Assembly: GCA_965367815.1 (NCBI GenBank)
Contig: CBDUKN010000004.1
Coordinates: forward strand, 1-64,000
Direction: 5' to 3'
DNA length: 64,000 bases
Source of the DNA: an uncultured Thermoprotei archaeon
GTDB lineage: Archaea > Thermoproteota > Thermoprotei > Thermofilales > B15-G2
The position numbers and the translations under genes are program-made. Positions within the stretch are counted from its first letter, which is position 1. Every line of letters starts with the position of its first letter. The notes under the pieces are model-generated. The model had not been told where the DNA came from and searched no databases. It worked only from the letters and a program-made list of their open reading frames with translations. Positions 48,345-58,431 of the stretch are shown here, in pieces.

Positions 48345-50399
48345 TTGACCATAAATGTAAAGGAGCTTACAGTACTTGGACTAGATCTAATGCCAGGAGC
48401 AGCACCTGAAGGTGAAGCTAGATACTCTATAGTAGTAGTAAGGGATGGTAGAATCGTGGAGAGAAAAGCCGATGTTAGTATTAAAGGGCTTTTCTCATTA
48501 GTTAAAAAATATAAGCCGGATTATATAGCAGTTGATAATATATATGAACTTGCCGTAAACCATAAAGACTTAATAAAGTTTGCGAAGAGACTTCCAGTTA
48601 AAACGAAAATAATTCAAGTGACTAGAGTTAATGGTGTAGACTACCCTTTAGAGATTTTAGCGAAAAAATATGGTCTAGTGAAAGATTCCTGTAAACTTCC
48701 TCCTCTAAAAACTGCGGAAGTTTGTGCTCAACTCGTGTTGAAAGGAGTAGGGTCAGTAGTGGAGCTCTTTGAAAACGAAACCAAGATCATAGTGAGTAGG
48801 GGTAGGAGTTTAGGAGCAGGTGGAATGAGTCAGGCCAGGTATCAGCGAAATATAAGAGGATTAATTTTGAGAGTAACAAGAGAAATTAAAGAGAAGTTGG
48901 AGAAAAGTGGTATTGATTACGACGTGTTTTACAGAAAGAGTACTGCTGGTTTAGAGTGGAGTGTATTCATAGTTTATACTCCGAGAGAAAAACTATATGG
49001 TTTAATTAAACCAAAAAAAGGACATGACATTCAAGTAGTAATAGAGCCTGTAGTCAAGTCGGACCTTATTTTCAGGTCTCTTGAAGGAAAGGAGGTTGAG
49101 TATCTGAAAAGAAAAGGCAATAATGTAAGTTCACGTTATTTGATAGTTGGAATAGATCCTGGAATCACTACAGGCGTGGCTATAATGGATCTATCTGGAA
49201 GAGTACTGAGTGTAAAGAGCGGCAGAGAAATGAGCAGGAGTGCAGTAATAGAGCTTATAAGTCAGTACGGAAAACCCATAATAATTTCTACAGATGTATG
49301 TAGAGTGCCTAATTTCGTTAAGAAAATAGCTAGTTCCTTAAATAGTGTATTATTTGCACCTGAAAGGAACCTTACTATTGAAGAGAAAAGAGAAATTGTT
49401 CAAAACTACTTAGAAAAGCAAAAGGCGTTAATTAGAATTTCAAATAGCCATGAACGTGACGCTCTTGCGGCAGCCATAAGAGCTTATCAGCATTACTTAC
49501 CTAAATTCAGACAAGTGGAATCATATGTAAAAGAGCTTCCATTCAAAGTGCCCTTATCTTATGTTAAAGCAATGGTTGTTAAAGGAAAAACTATCAAAGA
49601 TGCTGTAAAGCAATATATCGAGACAACTTATTCAGAAGCCTCAGGGCTTGCCAAAAAGAAACCCATTGGAGCACAGGTAGAGGATTTTGAAAAAATATTG
49701 AATAAAATAATGGGTTATATAACAAAGATAAATAGTTTAGAATCTGAAAACCTGAGATTAAAGGAAGAAATAAATAAACTTAGAAGAGAAAGGGAAGAAT
49801 TAATTCAGACAATAGAATATATGAAAACAGAGTATTTCGAAAAAATTATGAAAGATCGCATGTATTATACACTACAGTTAAGGCTACGTAAAATTAGTGA
49901 ACAAATTAAAGAGAAAAACGAGGAAATAAAGATTTTGGAAAGTGAAATAGAAAAGTGGAGAAATGTAGCTCTCAAGTTGGCGTCAAAGAAAGTGGTAGCA
50001 GTGCCAGTGATTAAGATGATTACTCTTAGTGCGCTTTCTGAGTTGAAAGAGCTTGTAGGAGACACTATACTAGTGAAAACTCTCTCCTTTATTGATGAAA
50101 GAGCGCTTAGTAAACTTAAAGCAATAGGAGTTAAAGTGATATTGACGCTGGATGAAATGAATGAAAACAGAAAGAGGATTTTTGCTCAAAACGATTTGGC
50201 ACTAGCTTATATCGGTAAGAAGGAAGTAGAAGTCTTAGGTAGCTATGCGCTTATTAGCAAGAATGTCTATAATAATGTTGTCGAGAACGCTTTAAAAGAG
50301 TTGGAGAGACTCCGAGACCAGATAGTAGAGGAAAGAATAGAGGAAATACTAAATGAGTACCGTAGAGAGAGGATGAAGGCTTGGCTTAATAAAGCGTGA
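48345..50399 (+). CDS. DUF460 / COG2433 RNase-H-fold coiled-coil protein
   Basis: GGMSQARY, IVGIDPG-x-TTG, HERDALAAA, long coiled coil. Confidence 0.85.
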   Translation: MTINVKELTVLGLDLMPGAAPEGEARYSIVVVRDGRIVERKADVSIKGLFSLVKKYKPDYIAVDNIYELAVNHKDLIKFAKRLPVKTKIIQVTRVNGVDYPLEILAKKYGLVKDSCKLPPLKTAEVCAQLVLKGVGSVVELFENETKIIVSRGRSLGAGGMSQARYQRNIRGLILRVTREIKEKLEKSGIDYDVFYRKSTAGLEWSVFIVYTPREKLYGLIKPKKGHDIQVVIEPVVKSDLIFRSLEGKEVEYLKRKGNNVSSRYLIVGIDPGITTGVAIMDLSGRVLSVKSGREMSRSAVIELISQYGKPIIISTDVCRVPNFVKKIASSLNSVLFAPERNLTIEEKREIVQNYLEKQKALIRISNSHERDALAAAIRAYQHYLPKFRQVESYVKELPFKVPLSYVKAMVVKGKTIKDAVKQYIETTYSEASGLAKKKPIGAQVEDFEKILNKIMGYITKINSLESENLRLKEEINKLRREREELIQTIEYMKTEYFEKIMKDRMYYTLQLRLRKISEQIKEKNEEIKILESEIEKWRNVALKLASKKVVAVPVIKMITLSALSELKELVGDTILVKTLSFIDERALSKLKAIGVKVILTLDEMNENRKRIFAQNDLALAYIGKKEVEVLGSYALISKNVYNNVVENALKELERLRDQIVEERIEEILNEYRRERMKAWLNKA

Positions 50400-51603
50400 C
50401 TTTGTCTTGTAGAATTAGCTCTGTTATCTTTGTTATGTTGTCTAGGTGCTCTTGTGCTATAGCTATGGCTTCTTTCTTTAGTTCTTCAACGTTACTTGCT
50501 CCTTTTGCAGGTACTATTGATATGTGAAGCATTAGTGGATCATTTATAGGTTTGCCTATCTGGCTCAGTATTTTGACGTATACTTCTTCAATATCTCTTG
50601 TTTTTTCGGCAATAGAGTTAGCTATCAGCTGTGCTAAAACGTTGTATATTTTCCCTACATGACTTACTGGGTTCTTTCCGGCTGTCGCTTCAATGGACAT
50701 AGGTCTCATGGGAGTAATTAAGCCATTTACTCTATTTCCTCTGCCAGTCATACCGTCGTCTCCGTGCTCAGCTGATGTCCCAGTTACAACTAGGTAATAT
50801 GTCTTCGGATTGTCAGGCCGGTCTGCAGTATTTACATCAACTGTTACTTCGTAATCGACAAGTTTAGAAGCATAATCTAACACGTAGTTTTTTATCTCCT
50901 CTTTTACTGCAAGATAGTGATCTGCGTCTGGAGTCAAGCTAGATATTATTGCTGCTGCAATAGTTAAATGGACTTTATTTCCCCTCCGCAAGGCCATTAC
51001 TTTAACGTCTTCACCTACTTCGGGAAGTTTTTTCTTAAATTTTTTGGAGTTAAGAAATCTTTCAACACTGTAGACCAGTTTTTCAGTTGGTGTCAATGGA
51101 GCGAAAGCTACTCCCAGCGATGTATCGTTAGCATTAGGTATTTTTCCTATCCCTTCTTCAAAAATAGAGACTAAGTCTACGGAACCTCTGCCTATTCTGT
51201 AGTCTACGATTACATGTGTCTCGGGGTCAAGGAACCTGAAGTTCTTTCGTAGCCAGTTCTTGGCTGCGCGGACTGCTATTGCTCCCAGAGGAATTGCTTC
51301 TTCTTGACCGCCGCGCTTGACAGTACCTGTGGCTCTTCCCGAGACGAGAATATATATTGGATGAGTGACCTCACCTCCTCCAAAAACAGGCTTAGCCTGG
51401 CCTCCTACAACCAAGACTTTATCTACGTTATGATGCAATATTGTTCTAAATCGCTCAATATACTCCTTACACAATTCTCTGCTTACGGCCTCTGCGATCG
51501 AGTCCGCTATATAGTCCGGATGACCTAGTCCCTTTCTTTCAACAAACTCTATTTCACGCTTTGCTATTGGACGCTGGTCAAGGAACTCAACTGATATTAC
51601 CAT
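50386..51603 (-). CDS. mat: Archaeal S-adenosylmethionine synthetase
   Basis: [47 protein letters not shown]. Confidence 0.97.
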   Translation of the reverse strand: MVISVEFLDQRPIAKREIEFVERKGLGHPDYIADSIAEAVSRELCKEYIERFRTILHHNVDKVLVVGGQAKPVFGGGEVTHPIYILVSGRATGTVKRGGQEEAIPLGAIAVRAAKNWLRKNFRFLDPETHVIVDYRIGRGSVDLVSIFEEGIGKIPNANDTSLGVAFAPLTPTEKLVYSVERFLNSKKFKKKLPEVGEDVKVMALRRGNKVHLTIAAAIISSLTPDADHYLAVKEEIKNYVLDYASKLVDYEVTVDVNTADRPDNPKTYYLVVTGTSAEHGDDGMTGRGNRVNGLITPMRPMSIEATAGKNPVSHVGKIYNVLAQLIANSIAEKTRDIEEVYVKILSQIGKPINDPLMLHISIVPAKGASNVEELKKEAIAIAQEHLDNITKITELILQDKVTLY

Positions 51604-51680
51604 TTAACCCCCAGTAGTGTTTTCATGTACTTTTTATAAATCTTTTGCTATAATATGTTGTGGGTTATTACTCTCAGTAA

Positions 51681-51953
51681 TTATTTTCCTGACTCTAAGA
51701 ACATTTTGTTTATGTCGGTTACTATGAATAGAATATTGCTACCCCTAATAAGCACTTTACCTAAATTCGCTATTGGTTCATGCTTTTCTTCGTCAACTTC
51801 TTTAGTGTCAGTTAAGTACAGATTCATGCACGGGTCGCATCTCACAAGCTGACCTATGTACTCGCTGCCATCTTTTAGCTTCACTAAAATAGTGTTATTT
51901 ACTATTTTGAATAGAAGTCTTAGAGGTAAGTCTCCGTGTGGTCTCGTCGACAT
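51681..51953 (-). CDS. Sm-like archaeal protein (SmAP/Lsm)
   Basis: Sm1 VKLKDG-x2-Y-x-G-x-L...D-x2-MNL; Sm2 LIRGSNI. Confidence 0.92.
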   Translation of the reverse strand: MSTRPHGDLPLRLLFKIVNNTILVKLKDGSEYIGQLVRCDPCMNLYLTDTKEVDEEKHEPIANLGKVLIRGSNILFIVTDINKMFLESGK

Positions 51954-52064
51954 AAGTCTCCTTTATCTACTTAAACATCCTATATTTCAACTTTTCTGCT
52001 GAAACTCTAAAGTAGTCCACAGAATACGAGAAAAGCTTAAAGAGTACTTCGGCATGCTTTTATA

Positions 52065-52137
52065 TGAGCCGCGCGTTGATAGAAGGTGACACGCCATGAA
52101 AGGTGATGAGGGCGGTGTGTTTAGTGAGCGCGGCTCA
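52065..52137 (+). ncRNA. K-turn/K-loop hairpin RNA (box C/D-like), overlapping the 5' end of ORF 52096
   Basis: 10-bp terminal stem TGAGCCGCGC/GCGCGGCTCA; 3-nt bulge + GA...GTGA K-turn geometry; D' ATGA-AAG-C' GTGATGA; GGGCGGTGTGT antisense to conserved 16S ACACACCGCCC. Confidence 0.65.
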
Positions 52138-52290
52138 CGAAAAGTTCTATGTGTATCTTGTGGAAAGAGGCCGGCGAGTGCAATTATTGAAGGTAAAGCT
52201 CTGTGTTATGACTGTGGAGCTAAAATTGTCGGAGAGAAACTTAGAGCTCAGCTTGAAGAACTTAGAAGAAGAGGTATAATTGCAGTTTAG
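52096..52290 (+). CDS. Small CxxC...CxxC zinc-finger protein (start may be GTG 52117)
   Basis: CVSCGKRPA...LCYDCG; AGGTGA SD 6 nt before ATG. Confidence 0.7.
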   Translation: MKGDEGGVFSERGSRKVLCVSCGKRPASAIIEGKALCYDCGAKIVGEKLRAQLEELRRRGIIAV

Positions 52291-52291
52291 G

Positions 52292-52747
52292 CTAGTGTCC
52301 TCCTTTAGCTCTGCGAGCTTCGTGTCTCTTCTTAAGTTTTCTTTCCTTAATTTTTCTATTCCATTTGTATCTGTGTGTTTCTCTCAGTTTAACACTTAAT
52401 AGTCCTCGTATCCTTCGTCCTGCACAGGTAAGTCCTCTGAAGACTCTGCCTTTCTTTCTCTTAGCGGAAATTACTTTAGGTAAAGTTGGATTTATGTTAT
52501 TGACAGAAACTTCGCCGTTTTTAATTTTCTCTAACCACTCTTTGAGTGCGGCAATGTTTTCCTCATATACAGTATTTCTTCTCTCATCAACATATATTCC
52601 GAAAAGCCTTGCTTCCCGGACAGTAAGTCCTATAGCTTTAATTTCTCCTACAGAGAATCCTCTGCCTATTTTAAATTGTTTTGAAGGTACTCCGCCAAAC
52701 CTTATTAGCATCGGTACTTTAACCTTAGCTTTTGGTGGAGTCGCCAT
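52292..52747 (-). CDS. rpl13e: 50S ribosomal protein L13e
   Basis: GRGFSVGEI-x3-[15 protein letters not shown]-x-AG. Confidence 0.93.
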   Translation of the reverse strand: MATPPKAKVKVPMLIRFGGVPSKQFKIGRGFSVGEIKAIGLTVREARLFGIYVDERRNTVYEENIAALKEWLEKIKNGEVSVNNINPTLPKVISAKRKKGRVFRGLTCAGRRIRGLLSVKLRETHRYKWNRKIKERKLKKRHEARRAKGGH

Positions 52748-52796
52748 AATATCGGGAAACTAGGAGTAGGTCAATATCTATAAACTTTTCGATTCC

Positions 52797-54203
52797 TTAA
52801 AATCGGAGTGCTGACAGGAGAAGTATAAGTAAAGTCGCTTGAGCAAATCCCGCGGCAAAAGGTCTTATTTTCTTTGCATATAACTTAATGTCGGTTTTAA
52901 TAATGAAATATTTGGCTGCCCCAGCAATTATGGAGAAAGCGAGCAGCGCTATATTTTGCCCGACAATTATACCGTGTGGAATAGCATAAGGGGTTAAAGG
53001 CAACCATTCGAAAAATGTTCTTAACAGTTCTACTGTAACAGCTACTAGCAGGAGAATATATACGTCATGAGAAATAGTCACTGCAGTAAATCTTGAAAAA
53101 AGTCCCAAGTTATAAGCCCCGTTTTCAAAGACGTACAGCATTGAAGCGATGACTGAAGTTACTCCTGATAGAAATAAAATGTATCTAGTTCTTTCTCGTT
53201 TTTTCTTTAGGCTTTGAAAGCATAGACCCTCGAAAAGCATAGCTGGTAGAGGGAAAAATAGAGTTAGCGCTAACAAGGCATTTGCAGGAGATTGTATTCC
53301 TAAAGGGATAAAGAGGCCCTCACCTCTAACACGTGCTAAACCTAAAGAAATTATTATTAAAGAAAGTGAAATAGTTATAAACGATATATTTATTTCAATT
53401 ATTTTGTGCTGAAAAATCGTTAATATAAATATAAATAAAAGAAATGTAAATAAATAAAGATAGTTTATTTTAAATGTTGTGTTCTCGAAAAATGTTCTAT
53501 TTTTATAGTAGAGTATTGCTATTTCTAGCAAAGAGACTATTCCTAAAGCTAGTACTGAGTCAAATAATGTTAATGCATATGGAGAACTCATATTTGACAT
53601 ATTGTACATAATGTTGAACATTATTGCAAATATGGCTGTACTTAGAATATATGATACTGGGCTCAAAAAGATAGCTAGAGCTTGAACAGCTATTGAAGCC
53701 TGATTAAAGAAAGCAAGTTTATTTGAGCGGAAAAGCATTGTAGCTGAGAATATTAGTCCAAAAATTAAGCCTATTAGTTGCTCTTTTTTCGAGAGATTTA
53801 TTTTCATTAAATGTATAATAGGGTAATTTAGATTCATGAGATCCAACCAAATAGTCTCCAGCAGGTCCAAGATAAGCAGTGATAGCGATAAATACGCAAA
53901 AATAAGTAGAAATCCTTGAATAGCATTAAATTTCATTAAAAAGAATACTAATGATGAAGCTACTGCTGCAATGTATGCTCCAGCAATAATAGCGTTTTCA
54001 CGACCTTTAGGTGTATGCAGTACTTTGAAGAGGAGAGGAATTCCTAGTCCTATTAGTGGCACGAGTAACATAGGTAAGTTAAACACTGTTGGCCACTTAT
54101 TTAGAGCGAAGTGTGCAATAGTAGCTGTTACTAATACTGCTATACTGAATGTAAGCAGATTGGTTCTAGTGTGGGGGCTCATTTTTCTCGTTCTTAACTT
54201 CAA
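52797..54203 (-). CDS. Polytopic membrane protein (DUF6785/DUF6784-like, possible transporter)
   Basis: Many hydrophobic segments; ARVRGEG and LR-x2-FEWLPLTP...KY...LY...PFAAG resemble that family from memory. Confidence 0.55.
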   Translation of the reverse strand: MKLRTRKMSPHTRTNLLTFSIAVLVTATIAHFALNKWPTVFNLPMLLVPLIGLGIPLLFKVLHTPKGRENAIIAGAYIAAVASSLVFFLMKFNAIQGFLLIFAYLSLSLLILDLLETIWLDLMNLNYPIIHLMKINLSKKEQLIGLIFGLIFSATMLFRSNKLAFFNQASIAVQALAIFLSPVSYILSTAIFAIMFNIMYNMSNMSSPYALTLFDSVLALGIVSLLEIAILYYKNRTFFENTTFKINYLYLFTFLLFIFILTIFQHKIIEINISFITISLSLIIISLGLARVRGEGLFIPLGIQSPANALLALTLFFPLPAMLFEGLCFQSLKKKRERTRYILFLSGVTSVIASMLYVFENGAYNLGLFSRFTAVTISHDVYILLLVAVTVELLRTFFEWLPLTPYAIPHGIIVGQNIALLAFSIIAGAAKYFIIKTDIKLYAKKIRPFAAGFAQATLLILLLSALRF

Positions 54204-54246
54204 AGCTCAAGTATATTAATGAGACTGTGATTAAACATTAAGGAGT

Positions 54247-54618
54247 ATGTATATTATGCTTAGAGAAGCTCTAAAGGACTTTCTCCGAGAACATAATCTG
54301 ACTCTTGAGGAAGTGCTAAGCCTAATGGACGAGGAAGACAGAGATAGTTTACGAGCATCATTAATAAAGAGAATAGCGCTTTCACCTAAAGAGCTTGACG
54401 CATTAGAGAAAAACTATACAGCGCGCCAGCTTAACTTGCTAATATTGGCTATACAAGTGTTTTACTTGTCGAATCCAAGTGGACTATATAAAGGGAGACT
54501 GATAATTCCTCTTCGCGACGAAGTAGTAGGTCAAGATGGAAGAATTACATCAAAAGGGCTTAGGTTAATATTAAAGTCCCTCGGGCTTAAACCTAGATGG
54601 ACTACTGCAGCGTTCTAG
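54247..54618 (+). CDS. Hypothetical protein
   Basis: 123-aa ORF with AGGAG SD; fills the intergenic space. Confidence 0.7.
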   Translation: MYIMLREALKDFLREHNLTLEEVLSLMDEEDRDSLRASLIKRIALSPKELDALEKNYTARQLNLLILAIQVFYLSNPSGLYKGRLIIPLRDEVVGQDGRITSKGLRLILKSLGLKPRWTTAAF

Positions 54619-54666
54619 ATGATGAGCCTCGTAAGGAGCGAGCAATGAGCGAAAACCCCTAGCTGA
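54619..54666 (+). ncRNA. Box C/D guide sRNA candidate
   Basis: C ATGATGA - 12 nt - D' GCGA - GCA - C' ATGAGCG - 11 nt - D CTGA; fills the gap between two convergent stops. Confidence 0.7.
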
Positions 54667-54667
54667 T

Positions 54668-55822
54668 TTAGTGAATTTCTACTATGTCGCCATCGCATAA
54701 TATAAAGTCAAGTCCTACTTTTTGGGGACTAAAAGGCAATCTTGAACTCCAGACTTTAGCATACTTTACTTTTCTGTTTGAAAGCGACGGAATTTTCTCT
54801 ATTAATTCTGAGACTTTAATTAAGCCTTTAACAACGAGTGGTCTTCTTGAAGGGGGTTTTCCAGGCTCCTTTAAGTATATTCTATTTAGGTCTAGAAGCT
54901 TCATTAGTGTATCAAATAGTTCTCCTATGTTTATATCGCCTGTAATGCATGAGACGAAAAACACGGAACACGTAATACCTATGCTTCTAACTATTTCTTT
55001 TTTGTCTTCATCTGATAGAGCTTCGCTTTTATTAACTAGGATTACTGCAGGCTTATACACAGTGCTTTCGAAGAGAGCGTTTTCTATGTCGTCTAAAGTT
55101 ACTTCTCCCACTATTTTTATTACCGCGTGATATATACCATAGCTTCTAAGTAAATTTACAGCATCGTCTCTAGTGAAGTTTTTGCATTCCCCTACAACCA
55201 TTATTCCTCCTGATCTTTTTCTTTCTATTTTTACTATTCCCTTTGGTTTTTTAAATATTATATTCAAGTTCTTTAATTTCTCTTCTAAGAGATAGAATTG
55301 ATTTATAGGATTGTTAAGTGCATCTAAAACTATTATCACTCCGTCTGCATTGCGAATCAGTGTGGCTACCTGTCTGTCAATAGTAGTAAATTTGTAAGGG
55401 TCTTCTGATAGTGAAGGTGTGTCTACTAGCTGTATATATATGTCTTTATGTACGGCCATGCCAGGTACAGGTTTCTTAGTGGCATAGGGTATCTCTGAAG
55501 CTTCTGTTTTTGCATTTGTTATTTTTGATAAAAGAGTGCTTTTTCCACTATTCGGAAAGCCAATTATAACAATCTGTATGTCTCCTTCTTTTTCAACAAA
55601 TAATTTCGGTCCCTTGCCCTTTTTTCTTTTCTTACTTTCCTCTATTTCTCTCCTCAGTACAGCGATCTTATGTCTTATTTGCGATACTAGTTTCTCTGTG
55701 CCTTTGTGCTTAGGTACTGCCGACAAGAACTCCTGAAGCGCTTTCAGTTTTTCTTCAGGAGTTCTTGCTTCAAGATATTTTCTCCACTTAGCCTTAGCTT
55801 CTGCTGGAAGATTAGCTGGCAT
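54668..55822 (-). CDS. DRG/OBG-family GTPase with TGS domain
   Basis: PKHKGTE, GFPNSGKST, DTP, NK-x-E, QKVGLDF-x-L-x-DGDIVEI. Confidence 0.92.
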   Translation of the reverse strand: MPANLPAEAKAKWRKYLEARTPEEKLKALQEFLSAVPKHKGTEKLVSQIRHKIAVLRREIEESKKRKKGKGPKLFVEKEGDIQIVIIGFPNSGKSTLLSKITNAKTEASEIPYATKKPVPGMAVHKDIYIQLVDTPSLSEDPYKFTTIDRQVATLIRNADGVIIVLDALNNPINQFYLLEEKLKNLNIIFKKPKGIVKIERKRSGGIMVVGECKNFTRDDAVNLLRSYGIYHAVIKIVGEVTLDDIENALFESTVYKPAVILVNKSEALSDEDKKEIVRSIGITCSVFFVSCITGDINIGELFDTLMKLLDLNRIYLKEPGKPPSRRPLVVKGLIKVSELIEKIPSLSNRKVKYAKVWSSRLPFSPQKVGLDFILCDGDIVEIH

Positions 55823-55951
55823 GTCGTGAAGTATATTTAAGGCAAAATTAATAAACTGTGCGCATTAATCTCGGTGCTGTTTTCATAGACCGGAAGTACA
55901 GAGTTTTTTGAAAGAATAGTTATTTATTGTTCTCGGGATATAGTCCTCACC

Positions 55952-56164
55952 ATGGGGAGTCAGTGTCCGTTCCTTCAGCAGACAGGGGACGGTAAGCGCT
56001 GTGTTCTATTATCTCCGGAGGACTGGAGAATACGTAAAAGTAGGCTTGAGCAATATTGCTTTAATGGTGGCAGAGATTGTCCAGTAATGTTCATGATGTA
56101 CAGAGCTAATGGAGGAAAAGTGTTCTTGAATGATTTAAGGAAGAAGGAAAACATGCTAAAGTAA
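55952..56164 (+). CDS. Small Cys4 putative metal-binding protein
   Basis: CPFL-x8-C-x18-C-x6-CP; same pattern as the N-terminus of 43995-44729. Confidence 0.7.
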   Translation: MGSQCPFLQQTGDGKRCVLLSPEDWRIRKSRLEQYCFNGGRDCPVMFMMYRANGGKVFLNDLRKKENMLK

Positions 56165-56214
56165 AAGAAATTATTTCGGTGGGCAGGTCTAAACTGTGTA
56201 TATTTTAAACGATT

Positions 56215-58431
56215 TTATTCGGTGAGAGATATATAGGTCGCTTTAGTAGTCTTTGCTATTTTTAGCATTACTTCTGTTCCTGTAAGGATTTCGTATGAAG
56301 TGTAAGAAAATAGTGGTAGTTTATGCCTAGTATTTATAACTACCATAGGTATTTCTGCTTTAGCTATTAGTCTAGCTACTTCAATTAAATCGTTTACAGC
56401 AGGATCTAGTGAATAGTAGTGGAAAGCCGATATTGGCTTTGGCAAAGGTACATTTGCATTGCCATCGCTTATAAGTACTATTAGGGGGATATAGCCTCTC
56501 CTTTTTTCTGTCAAAGCAAGTTTGTATGCCTCTAGCAGACCTGAGGCTAGTGGAGTGAAGTCGCTAAGCCCTACTTTTGATAGCTTTTGTTCAAATAAAT
56601 TGAAGTTAGTTACTGGGTGAAGGATTAAGTGAGCGCTGTAGCCTTTGCAGACAATGAGGGATATGCGGTCTCTCTTCTTGAGAACGTGACATCTTATGGC
56701 ATACAAGGCTCTCCTCAGTTCCTTAAGAGAATATATCATTGATGCGCTGCAGTCCAGCACGACAATTAGCGTTATTTTTGCTCTGCCTTCTCTTAAGTTT
56801 GCTCTAAGGTCTTCAGGCGATACTTTGAGACTCCTTTTTCGTCTCGCAGCTGTACGCAGAGAAGCTGGTATATTAATATCTTTTGATAGTTTGCGTGGAA
56901 GAATATGGCCTAGAATCCTGCCACCTGATCTTATTTTCTCTCGACCATATTTTCTCGCATGCAAGGTCTTGTATGTTATGCCCAGTTCAATTAACTTAGA
57001 GACATCTATTTCTTCTTTAAAGAACTTTACTCCTTTGGAAATAATGGGTCTTTTTGGAAATTTGCGAGGGAGAGACTGTGAATAATCTGCAATGAAGCCT
57101 TTAGAGCTGTATGCAATTATGGCTGTGTCTGAAAAATACTTCTTTCTAGATAGGAAGGCGTCCAATAGCAGTAGCAGTATGAGTGTTAATATAAGCAGGT
57201 TTATATCTATTAATGCTATTATTATTAATAGAGTTATTATAACTGTAAAAATTATATAGCGAAAAAACTTGAATTTAAGTAAATTCCATTTAATGTTCTT
57301 TATTTTATGTTGTGCAGTTCTCGAAAAGGAGAAGCAGTGGGTAGTATCTTTTTTTGTTTTTATAGAATCTTTAGGAGAAGCTTTTGAAAAAAGCTGCATT
57401 TCTTTAGTGGCTTCGCGGAGAGCCTTATCTATCTCAAGAGGTTCTGGAGGAGGCTTAAGCCCGCCAGCCCTAGTTCTATGCGCTAAAGAAAGTTTAAGCG
57501 CCTTAGATACATCTTCTATAGTGACTTCAGTTCTTCCGTCAAGTGCTGCTATTGTCTTGGCAACTCTAGCTGTTACTATATCTGGTCTGTAGCCGTCGAC
57601 GTCTAGTATACTACATGTTTTAGCAATTAGCAAAAGAGTATCTTCGCCTATAGTGACTCTATGTAAAATATGGCGGGCACGTATTATCTTGTGTTTAATA
57701 TCTTCTTGAGCTTTTTCAAACATGTTAAATACTTCTGAAGGATTTTCGTCAAAGAGCAAGTTTAATCTTATTATTTCGGCTCTGAGCTTAGGGTCTTTGA
57801 TTGTATGTAGTTTAACACAAATAGCGAAACGGTCTAGTAGCTGGGGACGGAGTTCACCTTCTTCGGGATTCATGCTGCCAATGAGAATGAACTTAGAGGG
57901 ATGTTTTAGGGATACTCCTTCTCTTTCAATAATACTCCATCCAGATGCAGCGGCATCTAATATTATGTCTACGAGGTGATCTGGAAGCAAGTTAACTTCA
58001 TCTATGTATAAGATATTTCTATTGGCTCTAGCTAGAAGACCAGGTTCGAATACTGTTCTTCCCTCCTTTAATGTGCGCTCAATATCTATTGTACCCAATA
58101 CGCTGTCCTCAGTGGCGCCTATAGGAAGTTCCACGACCTTCATTTTCTTGTACTCGACTGGAAGTTTCCCGTATTTCTCGAGTCTTTTTCTACAGTTATC
58201 ACACATTTCTCTTACATCGAATGGATTACAGTTAAAGGGGCAGTCCTTGACTACAGGAATTTCAGGTAGCAAGTCTGCAAAAGCTCTAACAATGCTTGAT
58301 TTTCCTGTACCTTTAGGACCTAGTATTAAAAGCCCCCTTATTTGCGGATTCACGGCTAAGCACATTAATGCGAGTTTTAGATCATCTAGTCCCACAAATG
58401 CTGCGAAAGGTAGTGTTCTCACTGTCTTCAA
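56215..58431 (-). CDS. Mg-chelatase ChlI/ChlD-like AAA+ ATPase with VWA domain and internal hydrophobic segment
   Basis: GPKGTGKS, GLLARANRNILYIDEVNLL, NPEEGELRPQLLDRF; MIDAS DCSASM, TPL, SDG. Confidence 0.88.
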   Translation of the reverse strand: MKTVRTLPFAAFVGLDDLKLALMCLAVNPQIRGLLILGPKGTGKSSIVRAFADLLPEIPVVKDCPFNCNPFDVREMCDNCRKRLEKYGKLPVEYKKMKVVELPIGATEDSVLGTIDIERTLKEGRTVFEPGLLARANRNILYIDEVNLLPDHLVDIILDAAASGWSIIEREGVSLKHPSKFILIGSMNPEEGELRPQLLDRFAICVKLHTIKDPKLRAEIIRLNLLFDENPSEVFNMFEKAQEDIKHKIIRARHILHRVTIGEDTLLLIAKTCSILDVDGYRPDIVTARVAKTIAALDGRTEVTIEDVSKALKLSLAHRTRAGGLKPPPEPLEIDKALREATKEMQLFSKASPKDSIKTKKDTTHCFSFSRTAQHKIKNIKWNLLKFKFFRYIIFTVIITLLIIIALIDINLLILTLILLLLLDAFLSRKKYFSDTAIIAYSSKGFIADYSQSLPRKFPKRPIISKGVKFFKEEIDVSKLIELGITYKTLHARKYGREKIRSGGRILGHILPRKLSKDINIPASLRTAARRKRSLKVSPEDLRANLREGRAKITLIVVLDCSASMIYSLKELRRALYAIRCHVLKKRDRISLIVCKGYSAHLILHPVTNFNLFEQKLSKVGLSDFTPLASGLLEAYKLALTEKRRGYIPLIVLISDGNANVPLPKPISAFHYYSLDPAVNDLIEVARLIAKAEIPMVVINTRHKLPLFSYTSYEILTGTEVMLKIAKTTKATYISLTE

